This document shows, piece after piece, positions 1-12,830 of a stretch of 64,000 nt of DNA; position 1 is the first letter of the stretch, and each line of letters opens with the position of its first letter. The notes beneath the pieces are model-generated. The model was not told the DNA's origin. It did not search any database and worked only from the letters and a program-made list of their open reading frames with translations. The stretch lies in assembly GCA_023213395.1 (NCBI GenBank), contig CM041465.1, positions 153,519,741 to 153,583,740 of the forward strand. The letters run 5' to 3'. Source of the DNA: Cycas panzhihuaensis. Lineage: Eukaryota > Plantae > Cycadophyta. The position numbers and the translations under genes are program-made.

Positions 1-1967
1 AAATTATGAATGTCAACTAATTTCGTTTTGCTTAAAAAATTGACCAAGAAAGTCTAGGCATGAAAAGAATAAACATGAATGTCTTACTAATGAGACTAGT
101 TTTAAATGATAATAGGTTTCTTATATAATGTTTGACTTTTGGTCTCTACCCTATTGGAAAGCTTTCCGACATGGCTCTTCATAATGGAATAATTATTCAA
201 GGATGAGAAATAATTTAGTATGATGTTTTATCACTGAAGTTATCAACCTAATGAGTTTCTCCAAATTTGTAATTAGTAAGGATATAAACCTACAAATATG
301 TTTTTTGATAACATTTTGTCTAGTGTCTATTTTAGGACTTCTTGCTCTTATTTCAAAGGTATTACAACAAGCTATAATAAGACATATACTTCTCATCCCC
401 AAGTCTCACCGCTTAGAGAAAAACTCTATAACACTTTGCTCCTTCACCCTTTTATCACTTGAATAGAAACTAAAATCCTTGCAACTTTGACTTTTATATC
501 TTTCTTATCAAGTGCTCATTTTACGACTTCCACTAGCTTTTTTAAAGATAAATATAACATCTTAAAGCTCGTAGACTTGTTTCTTATAAAATATAACTTA
601 AATAATAAAATATATTACTCTAAAAAAGTTATTAAATTTGAGATTTATAATGACCCTTCCCTTACAATAGTTTTTATATCTTTTTACTCATTCATGTCAT
701 GTGCTTCTACTTATAAATTGTACATATGAAAATTTTAGGTACTTTCATATTATTCAAGAAATAATGGATATGGAAAGAGCTATCAACTTGTATCCTAATA
801 TAAAAACATACTAACTAATCTAGTAAACCATAAATGATACATCCTCATACTTGGTGGAGAAGGAAATAAGATTCTAACTTACATGAGATGGATAAATCTT
901 TCAAGTGAGCAAAATTTACATATAGAGTTGAGAAGTGACCTAACTAAGAAGGATAAGAAATTAAGTATAGTTGAGGTCTTTATAAATAACCCTTTTATGT
1001 TTCTTGGAGAATAAACTCTCTCAATCATCTCCTTAAATTAATGAACTCTAAGAACATGGATGTTTTAGAATCTAACCTGAAAAGCTTAGTTCACTATAAT
1101 ACTTTTATATTTAAACCCCTTTCTCAATCACTTCATGCACTACCCTTAGTTATGATGGAAGCCTCTAAATCAAGATTTATTTGTAAATTCTCTCTTATAA
1201 GTAGTATGTTATGATCCTCCACCATATAAGGTTGTTTTATTATCCCACATGCATAAGTCCAACAGACAGTGCCTTAATAACCCCACATATATATGTAATG
1301 TATAAGTAGAAACATCATTAAGTATTTATGATCTTATGTTAATGAATATTCTTTGTAACTTCATCTCCCCTTTTACCTTTTATATATCATTTTGTCTTTC
1401 TATTTCTCCATATCAATGGTTATAGGAATAGGTCCATTACAATTGGTATTAGAGTGGTGATCCGAAGATATTATTAAGGGTTTGAAAGCATATTTAAGAG
1501 AACAAACATTGAAATTTCTAAAAAATAATGGTAAATCTGAGACAAAATAGATTGTACTATAAATTTTAAATGGTCACGCTTATAGATCTTTAGGTGAAAG
1601 TATGAAAATTACAATGATTGAATTTTAGACTACTTTTCCACACCATAATTTTGGGACAAATTTGCTATCTCAAATTGAAAGAGACATAAGTTTAAATATT
1701 CGTATCTAAATGATCTCAATTTTTTTTCATTCTATGCATTTCTTAATTTACTTTCAAATGGAAGTTATTTAAACTCAATTAGAGTTTGGAGAAAAGAGTT
1801 ATTACTATTTTACTAGTAGCCATTATTATAGGCCCTGTAAACACTAACAATGAATTTCTTAAAAGGGTTATAAATTTTGACCTAGATATCGTAATTTGAT
1901 TTTGTCTAAACCATTAAAATTATATTTAAATGATCATCATTTTGATCTATACTTTATGCATTTTCTA
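1..1967. repeat. Segmental duplication block, paralogous to 40981-42960
   Basis: Colinear near-identity from 'aaattatgaatgtcaactaa' (1) / 'aaattatgaatgttaactaa' (40981) to 'tatactttatg' (about 1958 / 42951), after which the copies diverge. Confidence 0.95.
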
Positions 1968-3685
1968 ATAATATCTATAATAAAGGTGTAGATCATAACT
2001 ATTTTTAGTTTTCATAGATCCTAGTTCTATTTTTTATGATCCCATTACATCTAGTAATAAAGTTAAAGGTTCTGAATTCCCTCTCCTAAATGTATGGTAT
2101 ATTGGAGAAACTCATGAATTATCTCTTACATTCATCCATTTTCCTCTTTCCTTACTTCAAATCATTAGTGGATTACGCCCTCTACTAAAAATATTACTAA
2201 AATAAATACTTTTTTGAAGTACTTGATGAACTTCTTCTAATTTTTTTTTTTAAGGTATTTGTATGTTCTAGATTCTACCTTAGATTTCTTTATATGTGGT
2301 TATACATTTTCATTCCTTAGTCAAATTGTAGAGGTACAAAATCTGCACTTAGTGGCCCTTACCTTGCTTATCATTATCCTTTCCACCCAACATGTGTGTC
2401 AAGTGGTCTTGCTTATTCCTCCTCATAACACATAGCCTGCATCGACTCTTTCACGATTCTAGGCTTATAGATATTGCTTATGTTTTTTATGATTTCATTC
2501 AATCTACTTATAAACTTAGAGGTCTCTAATTTCATTGAAAGAGCTAAAACCAAGCTGTGATACCAAATGTAGAAAAATAAATGAAGGAGAATAAGGTAGA
2601 ACATAAACACACAATTAATACATTATTGCATAAATAGAAAATTCTTTGTATTTAATCCATTTTTGAGAGACAGTATTACAAATATTTAAAAGTAGGCAGT
2701 GTCTAAAGCCACGAGGGTTGCACACCCCTCCAAATACATAGTTTAGAGGAGGAGGGAAACTCTTCAACTCTTAAAATTTAAATAATAATAAAATAATATA
2801 AACTTAACTCAAATCAACTTAACCTTACCTTATACTTACCTTCACATGTGAGCATCCACATGTGTAAATTGATGAGAGTGAGGTGTGCACTCCTAGTTGA
2901 AAGGTAGGAGTGGAATGATGATCATTAACCCCAACATTCTCCCCCTTAATGGTCATCACGAACAACTTTATCTTCTCTTTAAACTTATAAATTTTAAATT
3001 TAAAAAAAACTTCGAAGATATGTTTTATAACTCGATCTTTATTAACTTACTTCATCCTTTTGTAATGTGTGTTTTTTCCATTCAAGAGTGCAAAAATCGC
3101 AAGTAAATATACTTGATTCAAATGTGGAGGTGTGGTCGCAACTTTGACTTTAACTTCCGAACTTTAACTTTGTCTTTGAAGTTTTATATTGTGAGTAATT
3201 GTCACATCATCATATTTCTCCCTCAAATAGAGGATCAGGTTCTTGTATAACAAGATGATCATGTATTTGACTTGAATTTTCCTTGGTATTTTTTTTACAA
3301 TTCACCTATTCTGGCACCTGTCTCACATATTTAACAATATCAATGTTAAATTCATTGAGAGTATCTCTCATAAGTGGAATGTAGGATGTCCCACACAGTT
3401 TTGAAGGTTGTCATTTCACAAACTTTAGAAAATGCATTATCATCTAGAGTGTAAAATAGTAAAGCTAGGGCTTCATTGTCTTTTTTAGTGTTTTCCTTAA
3501 TATTAACATCATATTCATCTTGTAAGTATTTCCAAAGATTATGTATAATAAAATAATTTTGCATTGTCTTATGCCATAGTGAAAATTTATGGCCATAAAA
3601 TATAAGAAATTATACTTTATTAAGATTAATTGCCATTTTATAGAAAACTATAGTACATAAAATGAATATGCTACCAAGTCAAAGA
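1959..3685. repeat. Block paralogous to 33675-35458 and 61495-63258 (end of element C LTR, host sequence, 3' part of element B)
   Basis: Colinear match beginning 'ttttctaataatatctataa' and ending 'ccaagtcaaaga' in all three places. Confidence 0.92.
2536..3685 (-). mobile_element. 3' fragment of TR-GAG-like element B (3' LTR 2536-2936, PPT, gag remnant)
   Basis: LTR TGAAAG...CCCCAACA with PPT complement ttctccccctt (2937-2947). TSD half ttcat at 2531-2535. ORF 3352-3564 (LWKYLQ...KDNEALALLFYTLDD...TFKTVWDILHSTY) resembles the Ty1/copia Gag N-terminus. Confidence 0.88.
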
Positions 3686-3720
3686 GATTTGATTCATAGA
3701 AAACTATAGTACATAAAGTA

Positions 3721-6700
3721 TATTTTATCTATTATTTTCTTTCTATTTGTCTATGTTAAATGTTTATAGAATCGGTCTATTACATACTACGAAGCATCCA
3801 CCCTCCTTGTAGCCGATTCATTAATATAAGAGGATGACCTCCAAAAGCTAGTATGGAAGTCCATCTTCATTAGTGACTACTTCCATTCCTTCTCTTTTTA
3901 TAAATGTAAACTTATATCATTTCTTAGAATGTTATTGGATACACCCTTTTACTATAAGTAAAAGAACTTTAAGGATCTATATGTTATCAAAAGTAGGTAT
4001 TCTTGGTTTTCTAACTATTTAGAAATGTAGAGATGTTGAAATAAGCTATCTTATATAATTTATTTCTTTCAAGCATTAAAGAATTTTGATTTACTAAATT
4101 ACCCTCTATGTTTAAGTGTTATGGCTCTCAATTTAGCAAATCGCTTATTTAAATTTAATAGACTTCTACCAGAGTCTCTTAAAATAAATTTCTACTCCCT
4201 CATCTTTTCTCCATCTTTCATCAAAGTTTTTAATGGGAACATATTCTCAAGCACACAATTTCCTAACTTAGAGGGTGTAGATATTTATCAAGTAAGTTAA
4301 ACTTCTCTTCAAGTCTATCTTGTAACATTTCCTTATTTTGTTAGTTGCTTATCCCTTAGATTCCTTAATCTAAGCTCATGAAGTGGATGCTCATGTATAT
4401 TTTCTTAAATATGAATCTATAAAAGCTTGGGGTGTGTATGCTCATTATTCCTTATAGAGTCAACTATTATGAAGGGCCATGTTTATATATATCCATGTGT
4501 TTAAATATTAGACCACATAGTCTCTTTGAGATTCATTATTAAGATCACGAAGATGTATTTTAGGCAATGTTAGTTCCATTGCTTGCTTTCATCACATATT
4601 ATGAAGGTCATGAAATTTCCCTTTATTCTCTCACATGTAGATGTGATAATGGGTCCTATGAGTGGCTAGCAATTTACAACTACATAAATATTTGTCATGG
4701 CATTTCTTACTTTTGTTTCCCTTGTGCCAGGCCTAATGACAAGCTTTATAAGTGGATAGAACTATGCAACCCTATAATGATTACCATTTTATTGGCATAT
4801 ATGTTTTCCCAAAGAAGCATTGGTATTCTTAATAGATTTTATATCAAAGTTAACAACTATAACCACAATAAATATGTCTCAATACTATTCCTTTTAGTTT
4901 GTTGATTATTTCTCTCTTTTATTTTGCTCCTAAAATGACATTATATAATGGTATTTGTTCTTTATTAAACTTCTATAAGAAGCACAACATTGATCCATTT
5001 AATGATTTATAAGTAGCAACTATAGAATGAAGCATTATGTTGGAAACTATTTAAGGAAAATTAATAATACAGAATTTATTATTCTTAAGCATTGGTTAAA
5101 TCCACATAAGCAACCTCTACTCTCTTGGTATTATCATTTTGACATGTAGATCGCTTTATTATAAGATGTGTTAAACTAAGTACTAGGAGTAATTAATGTA
5201 TACGATAAACATGTACCTTCAAACTATAGTTTATCACTACTAACATAGTCTAATAAGTATAAAGCAATGGATTATATACATATTTGTGGTACTTATAAAA
5301 TAAAGTCCTTTGTGTATGATGGTTGTGGTCATGAAGAGATTCAATCCATTCCAGATAATCTCCATTAGAATTAAAATATAAATTTATGGATTTACATGTC
5401 ATTTAGGTAACAACAAACAAAGTTTGAAATAAGGTCTAAGGCATGACATGTAACATTTTCTGAAACTCTACAATAATGTTCTTACAAAAATTATAACTAT
5501 GTCAAAATAATTTCTGTCAAATTAAGAGTGGGATTCTATCTAAACTAGTGAGAGGTGCAGTAGGACCATTATGAATTTACTTGAGGCAACAAGCACCCCA
5601 ACCCAACCTGTCCAAAATTCAAATTAGTATTAAAAACTAATAAGCAATAAATGAATACATACCTTAATAGTAATCCATCGCCTGGGTGGCTTGTGGTGGT
5701 CAGTATGTGGCCCAAAGTGCCATAGGAGCCCCAAAGTTGGCTTTGTGGGGATCTAAGTATACGTTAGTAAAAGTACATTGGGTATTATCCCAACATTCTC
5801 CCCCATAATAACCAATATGAATAACTCCCAAATTGTCTCTGAATTTCTAGAATTTAACTTTGGCCAATGCTTTTTTGAAGATATCTACTACTTGGTCTTC
5901 AGTGTTATAATAGGCCAATTTAATCTCTTCCGCTACACTAGTTCTTAAATAAATTGATGTTGAGTCTTAATGTGTTTTGTTCGCCATGAAAATTAGATTT
6001 TTGCCATCCTAATAGTTCTTTGATTATCACACCAAATTCTTGTAGCACATTTTTGTTTGAACTAAAAATCTTGTAGTAGTCTTTTCAACCAAACAGATTC
6101 ACATGTACTTGCAACCACTACTTTGTACTCTGCATTAACTGCTGATAGGAAACTGTTATGTTTGGTACTCCATACTACAACTATTGATCCCATATTAAAC
6201 ATATAACTTGATGTTGATTTCCTATCAACAATATCTCTTGCCTAATTCGAGTTTGTATAACCTATCAACTAAAATTTTGATGAAGCTTCATATTATAACC
6301 TATATTCTAAAGTTCCTTTGAGATAAAGGAGAATTCTTTGCTACTTGCTAATGGGTGGTCTTTAGATCTTACATAAATCTAAATGCAACACTAACTGAGT
6401 GTGTTATATCAGGTGAAGTGGATGTCAAATATATCAAGCTACCGATTACTTGTCTATAGAGTGTAGGGTCTACTAATGTAGAATCGTATAACTTGGAGAT
6501 CTCAATTCTAGTTTCTACTGGAGTTTCCAAAGGTTTACAATCAGTCACTATAAACTTTTTTAATAAATCTAGGGTAGTACATTAGTCTCAAATCTATCAT
6601 CTCAAATTCTTTACACATAGCATCTTTAAAGTGTCACAACAAGTGTGACTCATTTGTAGTATATACAAGATCATCCACATAAAATCTTACTATTAGATTG

Positions 6701-7382
6701 AGTCTCCCTTTATTTAAATGTAAAGATTAGGATTTACTTTAAATCTTTCAAAACCTTGATCTCTAAAGTATTTATCTAAGTAGGAATAACAGGCCCTGGG
6801 TGCTTGTTTCAGTCCATAGAGTGCTTTTTCAAGTTTATACACTTTGTTTTCTGCCCCCCTGACTTCAAAACCAAGGGGTTGGGTGATATAAATATCCTCT
6901 TTGATATAGTCATTGAGGAAGACACTTTTAGGGTACATCTCTTAGACTTTCTAACCCATTTGGGTGGCTAAGATCATTATCATTTTAATTCTTTCTATCT
7001 GAGTAACAAGGGCAAAAGTCTCATTTAATCAATACCTTCTTTTTGGGCATAACCATTAGCAACTAATCTATTTATCAATAGATCCATCTAAGCAAAACTT
7101 GGTTTTGTAGATCCATTTAGTGCCAATAGCCTTTTTATTTAGAGGTAAGTTGACTAACTCTGAAGTGTTATTTTTGACAATGAAATTATATTTATCTTCC
7201 ATTGCCTTTCGCCAAGACGATGTTTATTAGCCTCATCAAAAGTTTGAGGGTCATGAGATTCTAATACTTTACTTATGAGGGTAAAATTAACCCTATGTGA
7301 GAAGATGGATCTATGAATATTGTCTAATATATTTCCCAAGTCATGATTCTGTTGAGTCCATTTTAGAAGATTTTGTGGTGGA
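3721..7382. repeat. Segmental duplication block, paralogous to 44131-47973
   Basis: Colinear match from 'attttatctattattttc' to 'ttttgtggtgga'. This copy has deletions of about 100 bp (near 5571) and about 60 bp (near 6573) relative to the other. Confidence 0.93.
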
Positions 7383-9860
7383 GGTTGAGAGGAAGTTCCC
7401 TCCTCACTAAGTTCATTGATGACTCTTCTAGAGTCAAAGATAAGAGGCACATACTTGGATTTGGATGATTTATCAAAACTGATTATAACTTCCTTGTTCT
7501 TTTATTGAATATCTTGATAATAGGCATCCTCTTGAATTTAATAGTTTCTACTTAACATGACCCTTTTTGACTTAGGGTCATAAACTTTGTATCATTTGGA
7601 GGTTTTGCTATAGCCAAGGAATATGCATTTGATGCTATGATCATCTACCTTGGTTGTCCTTTGATCAAGAGAATGAGCATACGCTAGGCATTGAAAGAAT
7701 CTAAGGTGATATATACGTGGTTTGTATTCAGTCTAAGCTTCTTTAAGAGTTTTCCACCTAACAGCTTTAGTGGAGCACTTGTTGAGAAGATAGATAGTTG
7801 TATATACTACTTTAACCAAAAATTCATGTCTTAAATTCTTATCCTTTAACATGCACTAGTCATTTCGACTATTGTGTGATTCTTTCTCTCTACTACACCG
7901 TTTTAGTGTAGAGTATAGGGATTTGTGAGTTTTCTTTTAATGCCATGATGAATACAATAAGCTTTGAATTCATTGGAGATAAATTCTCCCCCATTATCTG
8001 GTCTTAGGATAATAACTTTTCTCCACTTTCTCGCTCGACACAGGTTTTGAAATTAATAAAGTGTTGAAATATGTCTAATTTTAATTTGAGGAAGAACACC
8101 CATGTCTTCCTTGTGAAATCATCAATGAACGTGATGAAGTATCTATCTCCTGCTAATGAGGGGATATTTATTAGATCACATATATTTATATATACCAATT
8201 GAAGTGGACTCCATACTTGATGATTGAAGTCTGGAAAACTTTCCCTATGTTATTTACCAAGAATGCATCCTTCACATAGGTTTTTTCCCACTTCAATATG
8301 TGGTATTCCATTTACCATATCTATTCTTTTCATAAGGACCAAACTATTATAGTTAAGATGGCCAAATCCCCTATGCCATAACTCGCTGTCCACTTTAACT
8401 GTAGTTTGTAGGGCATAGGTATCCGAATGAGTAAGAATGAGTTTGAATCATTTATCTTTGGTCATCATTCCTTTTGCTACTATAGCTTTATTTCTTCTTT
8501 TATCCTTGATTACACACTTACCATTATCAAATATAACCTTGTGATCTTGTCCCATCATCTGCCCTACAGATTATAATATTTTTCTAAAAGCCAGGACATA
8601 TTAGATATCATCAAGATGTGTATATTCTCCTACATTTGTCATGAGGGCTATATTAATTCTACTAACCAATTCGTAGGATGTATCATTACTAGATATTGTT
8701 TATCCCTTTCTACTTTTATCTGAGGATTGAAATAGGTGTTCCTTGTGAATCATGTAGGTTGAATAACCTGAGTCAATATATCAACTATTATCCTCTTCTT
8801 CCTTAGCAGTGAAAATGGATAAAAATAATCTGTTATTGTACCTTGATTCTATTATGTTATGGGTACTCCCTTTGGTGGATGGTCCATATTTAAAAAATAA
8901 CTTATCTTCTGAATGACTACTTTTATAACAATAGGAACAATATAAAGGTTCTCTCCTTCCATAGCTTAAACTTTTGCTTCTTAGATGAGATCTATTAATA
9001 TTGGAAGGTCTTCCCCTTTCCTCATAATATGGGGGTAGATTTTCCCTTTATCTATTATCATAGTAGTCATAGTTTGACCTTGTGGTTTGAATATTCCCTT
9101 AACAATTGGGGTAAGATGTATGTCTCTCAGATTGTTTTCCTTAGTTTGGGTGCCTACGAGGGTTTATATTTGGTTGATTTCCTCCTTACCTCCTTCGATA
9201 TGGGGCTTGATACTTACTAGGCTCTTATCTTGCATCCCTTCTAAGGTTTCTATCCATTCTCTTGGAAGGTGATTCCCTAGATCTTGAAGTTTCTACTTGA
9301 GAGTTGGATTGAATTCTAACCTTAGTAGCAAAGGCATGCTCAAGCGATTCATTAGCATTTTATTGTTCTTCAACTAATATTAGCATAGCACTTAGTTGCT
9401 CTACCTTTAGTGTACTTAGGTCCTTTGACACCTCTATACTTGTTGCAACCATTTTAAATGTTGTAACATCACTAACACATCTTAATATTCTTTCAACCAT
9501 CCATTGTTCTATCAAATTGTTCCCAAGAGACCTCATTTGGTTGGCTATATTATGAACTTTAATTATAAACCCAGTTAGTGATTATGTAGTCATCATTCAT
9601 AAATTCTCAAACTTACTTTTAAGGTTTTGAGCTTAGATGAAGCAACTCCTTTATAGATTAGTCGAGTATATTCTATGCTTCTTTACTTTGGTTGATTTAT
9701 GAACACAAGGGAAAACATGGTCCTCTAATGCATAAAATATGAGAGCAAGAGCGTCATTGTCCTTTCTAATATATTTTTTAAAAGTGGCATTTTCTGCATC
9801 AGTTGCATTCTATCCTAACTCACTATATCCTATTTTCATAATCTCCCACATATCATTAGT
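5449..9860 (-). mobile_element. Decayed Ty1/copia LTR retrotransposon (gag-PR-IN-RT-RH plus 3' LTR; 5' end missing)
   Basis: Minus-strand motifs in copia order: Gag (DMWEIMKIGY...KDNDALALIFYAL, about 9700-9858); degenerate Zn knuckle YCSYCYKSSHSEDK (about 8900-8945); protease *YIDSG (about 8765-8783); integrase RYFITFIDDFTRKTWVFFLK (ORF 8004-8198); RT YKLEKALYGLKQAPRA (ORF 6714-6938) and YVDD (about 6670-6682); RNase H EDQVVDIFKKAL (about 5865-5902). PPT complement at 5796-5805, LTR ends CCCAACA at 5795. The left LTR boundary (5449) is an estimate. Many stops and frameshifts. Confidence 0.95.
5820..9858 (-). pseudogene. Copia gag-pol polyprotein pseudogene
   Basis: Domain motifs as listed for the element; the frame is fragmented into short ORFs (6714-6938, 7154-7450, 8004-8198). 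Confidence 0.93.
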
Positions 9861-12830
9861 AATGACGATAGCTCATCCTCCTACTCTAGTTTTAAAATAT
9901 ATTTCTATTAAATTTAGAAATTATTATGTTTCCAAAACTAGAGGCCATTTTTAGTTAAAGTTTTAAAAATATGGTAAATGCGATGAGGTTTGAAAATATT
10001 TTGAATTTAAAATTTGACCCAAGTGACAATATCCAAGATTTTGCCCAAAGTTTTCAAAGTGGACTAGCCCATAATAAGGCTTCTAGGCTCTAAGTTTAAG
10101 GGTCTCCAAGGGAAATCTTTGGTTATTATTCTGTCTAGTGGTGCTTGCTCATAAGTGGAAAAATAGAGACCATACTAATACGTGAGTTCAAGGATCGATA
10201 TACCTTAGTACTAAGGTCGCTAAGGTTTTATACCCCTGTTGTGGTTCCACCTGCGCCAAACTTATATCTACCAACAAATCTAATAGTAAAAGTTGCATAA
10301 ACCAAGATAGTCACCCTCTCTAGGTCTAGAATTGGTCTTCAGATACCAATAAGGATAGGTTCTCCAACTCAGTGTACCACCTAATACATCTTATAGCTAA
10401 TGGATTTCTTCATCTAATATGAGTAGGCTAGTTAGCGTGTGTGTGTTGGTAACTTCAGGGGTCCTAACCATTCCTTTTGCAAATCTAGAAAATAGAGTGA
10501 TTGATTCGAGAGTTATCTTTTTAATGTGAGAATATATTAATTAAAATTATGGTCTAGCTTAGGTTTTACAAAGTTCCTTTTATGTGAAATAAAGTAACCT
10601 AAAAATAAATCCACTAAGTAAGATAAATATAGAAATCATCTTTATGAAATGGAAATGTGCTTCAAATTTTCAAATGAGTATATGCTATAGACATTCTTCA
10701 AATCTCACTAAAGTAAGTAAATAAAGTAATGAAACTTTTCTTCTTCAAGGAAGCCAAAGAATATAAGATAATATGTAAACTAGTTCTTCTAACTTGATAT
10801 GTTTATAGAAAGAAACAAGGACCTATATGCTCCTTTAATGCTTTTAAAATACAAAGTTGAACTTTGTAGCTTTCAATGATTCGAGTCAAATAAACAATTT
10901 TATTTTACAATTACCTTTGTAACTTTCAAATGAAATAAGGAACTAAAGGCTTAAATAAAATGAAATGACTTCTTTATCAAAGTATGCAAGATAATGAGAA
11001 TGTCTAATTATCCCTTTGTAGAGCAAAATGGTTATATAAAACTTGAAATTCTTAAGTAGAACCTTTGCTCAAAGTAATAAAATGGAAAAAAGTTATATGT
11101 ATTCAATGACTAATGTAAGGAATAAATAGATTTAATACAAATGGTACTTGTTTATTGAATTTGCACCACTTAGGTTGTTGAAAACTTAAAGTGTTAAAAA
11201 AAAAAAAACTCTTGGATATAAAACAACTTAAAATTTTATACAAAGACCAATAATAACTTCAAAAATCAATTAGTAATGATCAATGATATAAGTATAATCC
11301 TTTGAAACAATAAAATTCTTAAAAAGTTATAAAAAATAAGCATGTCTAGGTTGAACACAACTCAAGTTCTCTAGCTTCGAAAGCCTATAAAATGATGTCA
11401 AAATATAATCCTACTAATTCCTATATATAGGACACTGAATTATATTTCCAATGAATTAGACGATTTGAAAAACAAAGTTTGTATGACAAAGTTATTACAG
11501 AAATTGTAAGAAGGCCTCTTTATGGCTAGTAAAATAATAACTGAAAGAAAGGGTCATTTTGACTGATTACATCTCACCCAAAACAATATCAAATTTTATA
11601 AATAACGATTATACACTATAGCACTCTAAAATATAATCGCAATGGAACTAGTTTCACTTAAATTTGATATGCCAATAATGAGATTTAATGGAAAACATGA
11701 TAGAGTCTCTTTGAAGAAAAAAAATACAAAGGAAACATTTAATAAAATAGATTGGCCCCTTAGCTAATTAAGCCTAAGGACACATGGAGGTTAATATGAC
11801 CATCAGTTGGGGACCTAAAGGGGCTCTAGACTTCAAATAACTATAAAAAATAGTTAACTTCCTTTAAAACCAAAAATAATTAAGAATAATTTATAAAATT
11901 TTAAGTTTAAGCCCATTGTCGTTAAATACCAAGGTCATATAGGGGGTCAAAGTGACTGAAACGGGGGCTAAAGGTGATGGACTCTAATTAATAATGAAAT
12001 ACAATTCAATTTTATCAACCTTATAAACTTAATACAAATAAAAATAGAAAATGATGACGTCTACAACTTATTGGACCTCCGCAGCGAAATAAAGACGAAA
12101 GAACAGATCAAAACGATTGAAAATACTAGTAGATGCTTATGGGATCTAAGGGGGATGTAAATATGATGGTAACAATGGATTTAGGGAAGAAATCAGGTCT
12201 AAAATTGGCCTCAGAAATGAGATTTTTACTCACGAATTTACATGAGGGCATATAAGTACTAAGAGATTCTGGAGCCTTGAAACCACTTCAAATGATCATC
12301 AAACTCCATGAAATCACAGAGGGAGAGGTGCGGCACATAGAGGAAGGTCTTGAAATAGATGGCACTACTAATGATACTTTGATTTAAGAGAATAAAGGTG
12401 CCAAAGTCTGAGGGTCTTATTAGACCATACAAAGAGGAACAAAGCCAGATATAGGGTTAGGGTTCTCTCCCTGTATTTGCCATTTGGACTTGCCTCTTCG
12501 AACCCTAGCTCCGCCTCCTTGTGCATCCAAACCTTCTTTCTAGTCCTATACCTGCCTCCTGTTTGAACCTTTAAAGGGCGACCTTCTTTAAACACTATTC
12601 TTGATCTGGGGCATTTCGTCGACCCTACCCCATTCTGCTCACAAAGGATAACTCACGTTGGATTCCTAACTAGGAGGCTACGGTGAGCCTCCATTTACAC
12701 ATTGTCCTCAAGACTACAAGAGAGCGATTCTCACTACTACCTTCATCTCAGATCGTTGTCGCCTTCGTCTCGCAGATCACTACCCAAACCCTTGTTAGAG
12801 CGTGAAGCAAAACGTTAAGTGAGATCATTC
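9861..12830. other. Unclassified ~3-kb non-coding segment, probably an LTR or leader fragment of another retroelement
   Basis: It interrupts the copia gag at about 9860 and abuts truncated element B2 at 12831. No recognisable ORF, and no termini or TSD could be confirmed. Confidence 0.35.

Larger units (their letters stand above)
1207..3784 (+). mobile_element. Disrupted copy of small LTR element A (intact copy at 42196-44194)
   Basis: 5' LTR 1207-1441 (TGTTATG...ATTACA) followed by PBS-like TGGTATTAGAG. The tail of the 3' LTR is at 3721-3784. Flanks are tagta (1202-1206) and tacta (3785-3789). The middle is replaced by an unrelated block (1968-3720). Confidence 0.85.

Noticed and set aside
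2554-2947. LTR flanked by both PBS and PPT, suggesting a tandem three-LTR element
   Set aside because: The TSD ttcat and the 5' LTR at 38617 show that the PBS-like motif lies inside the LTR.
4567-4905. 112-aa Cys-containing ORF
   Set aside because: Frameshifted in the paralog (44976-45167) and no recognisable motif.
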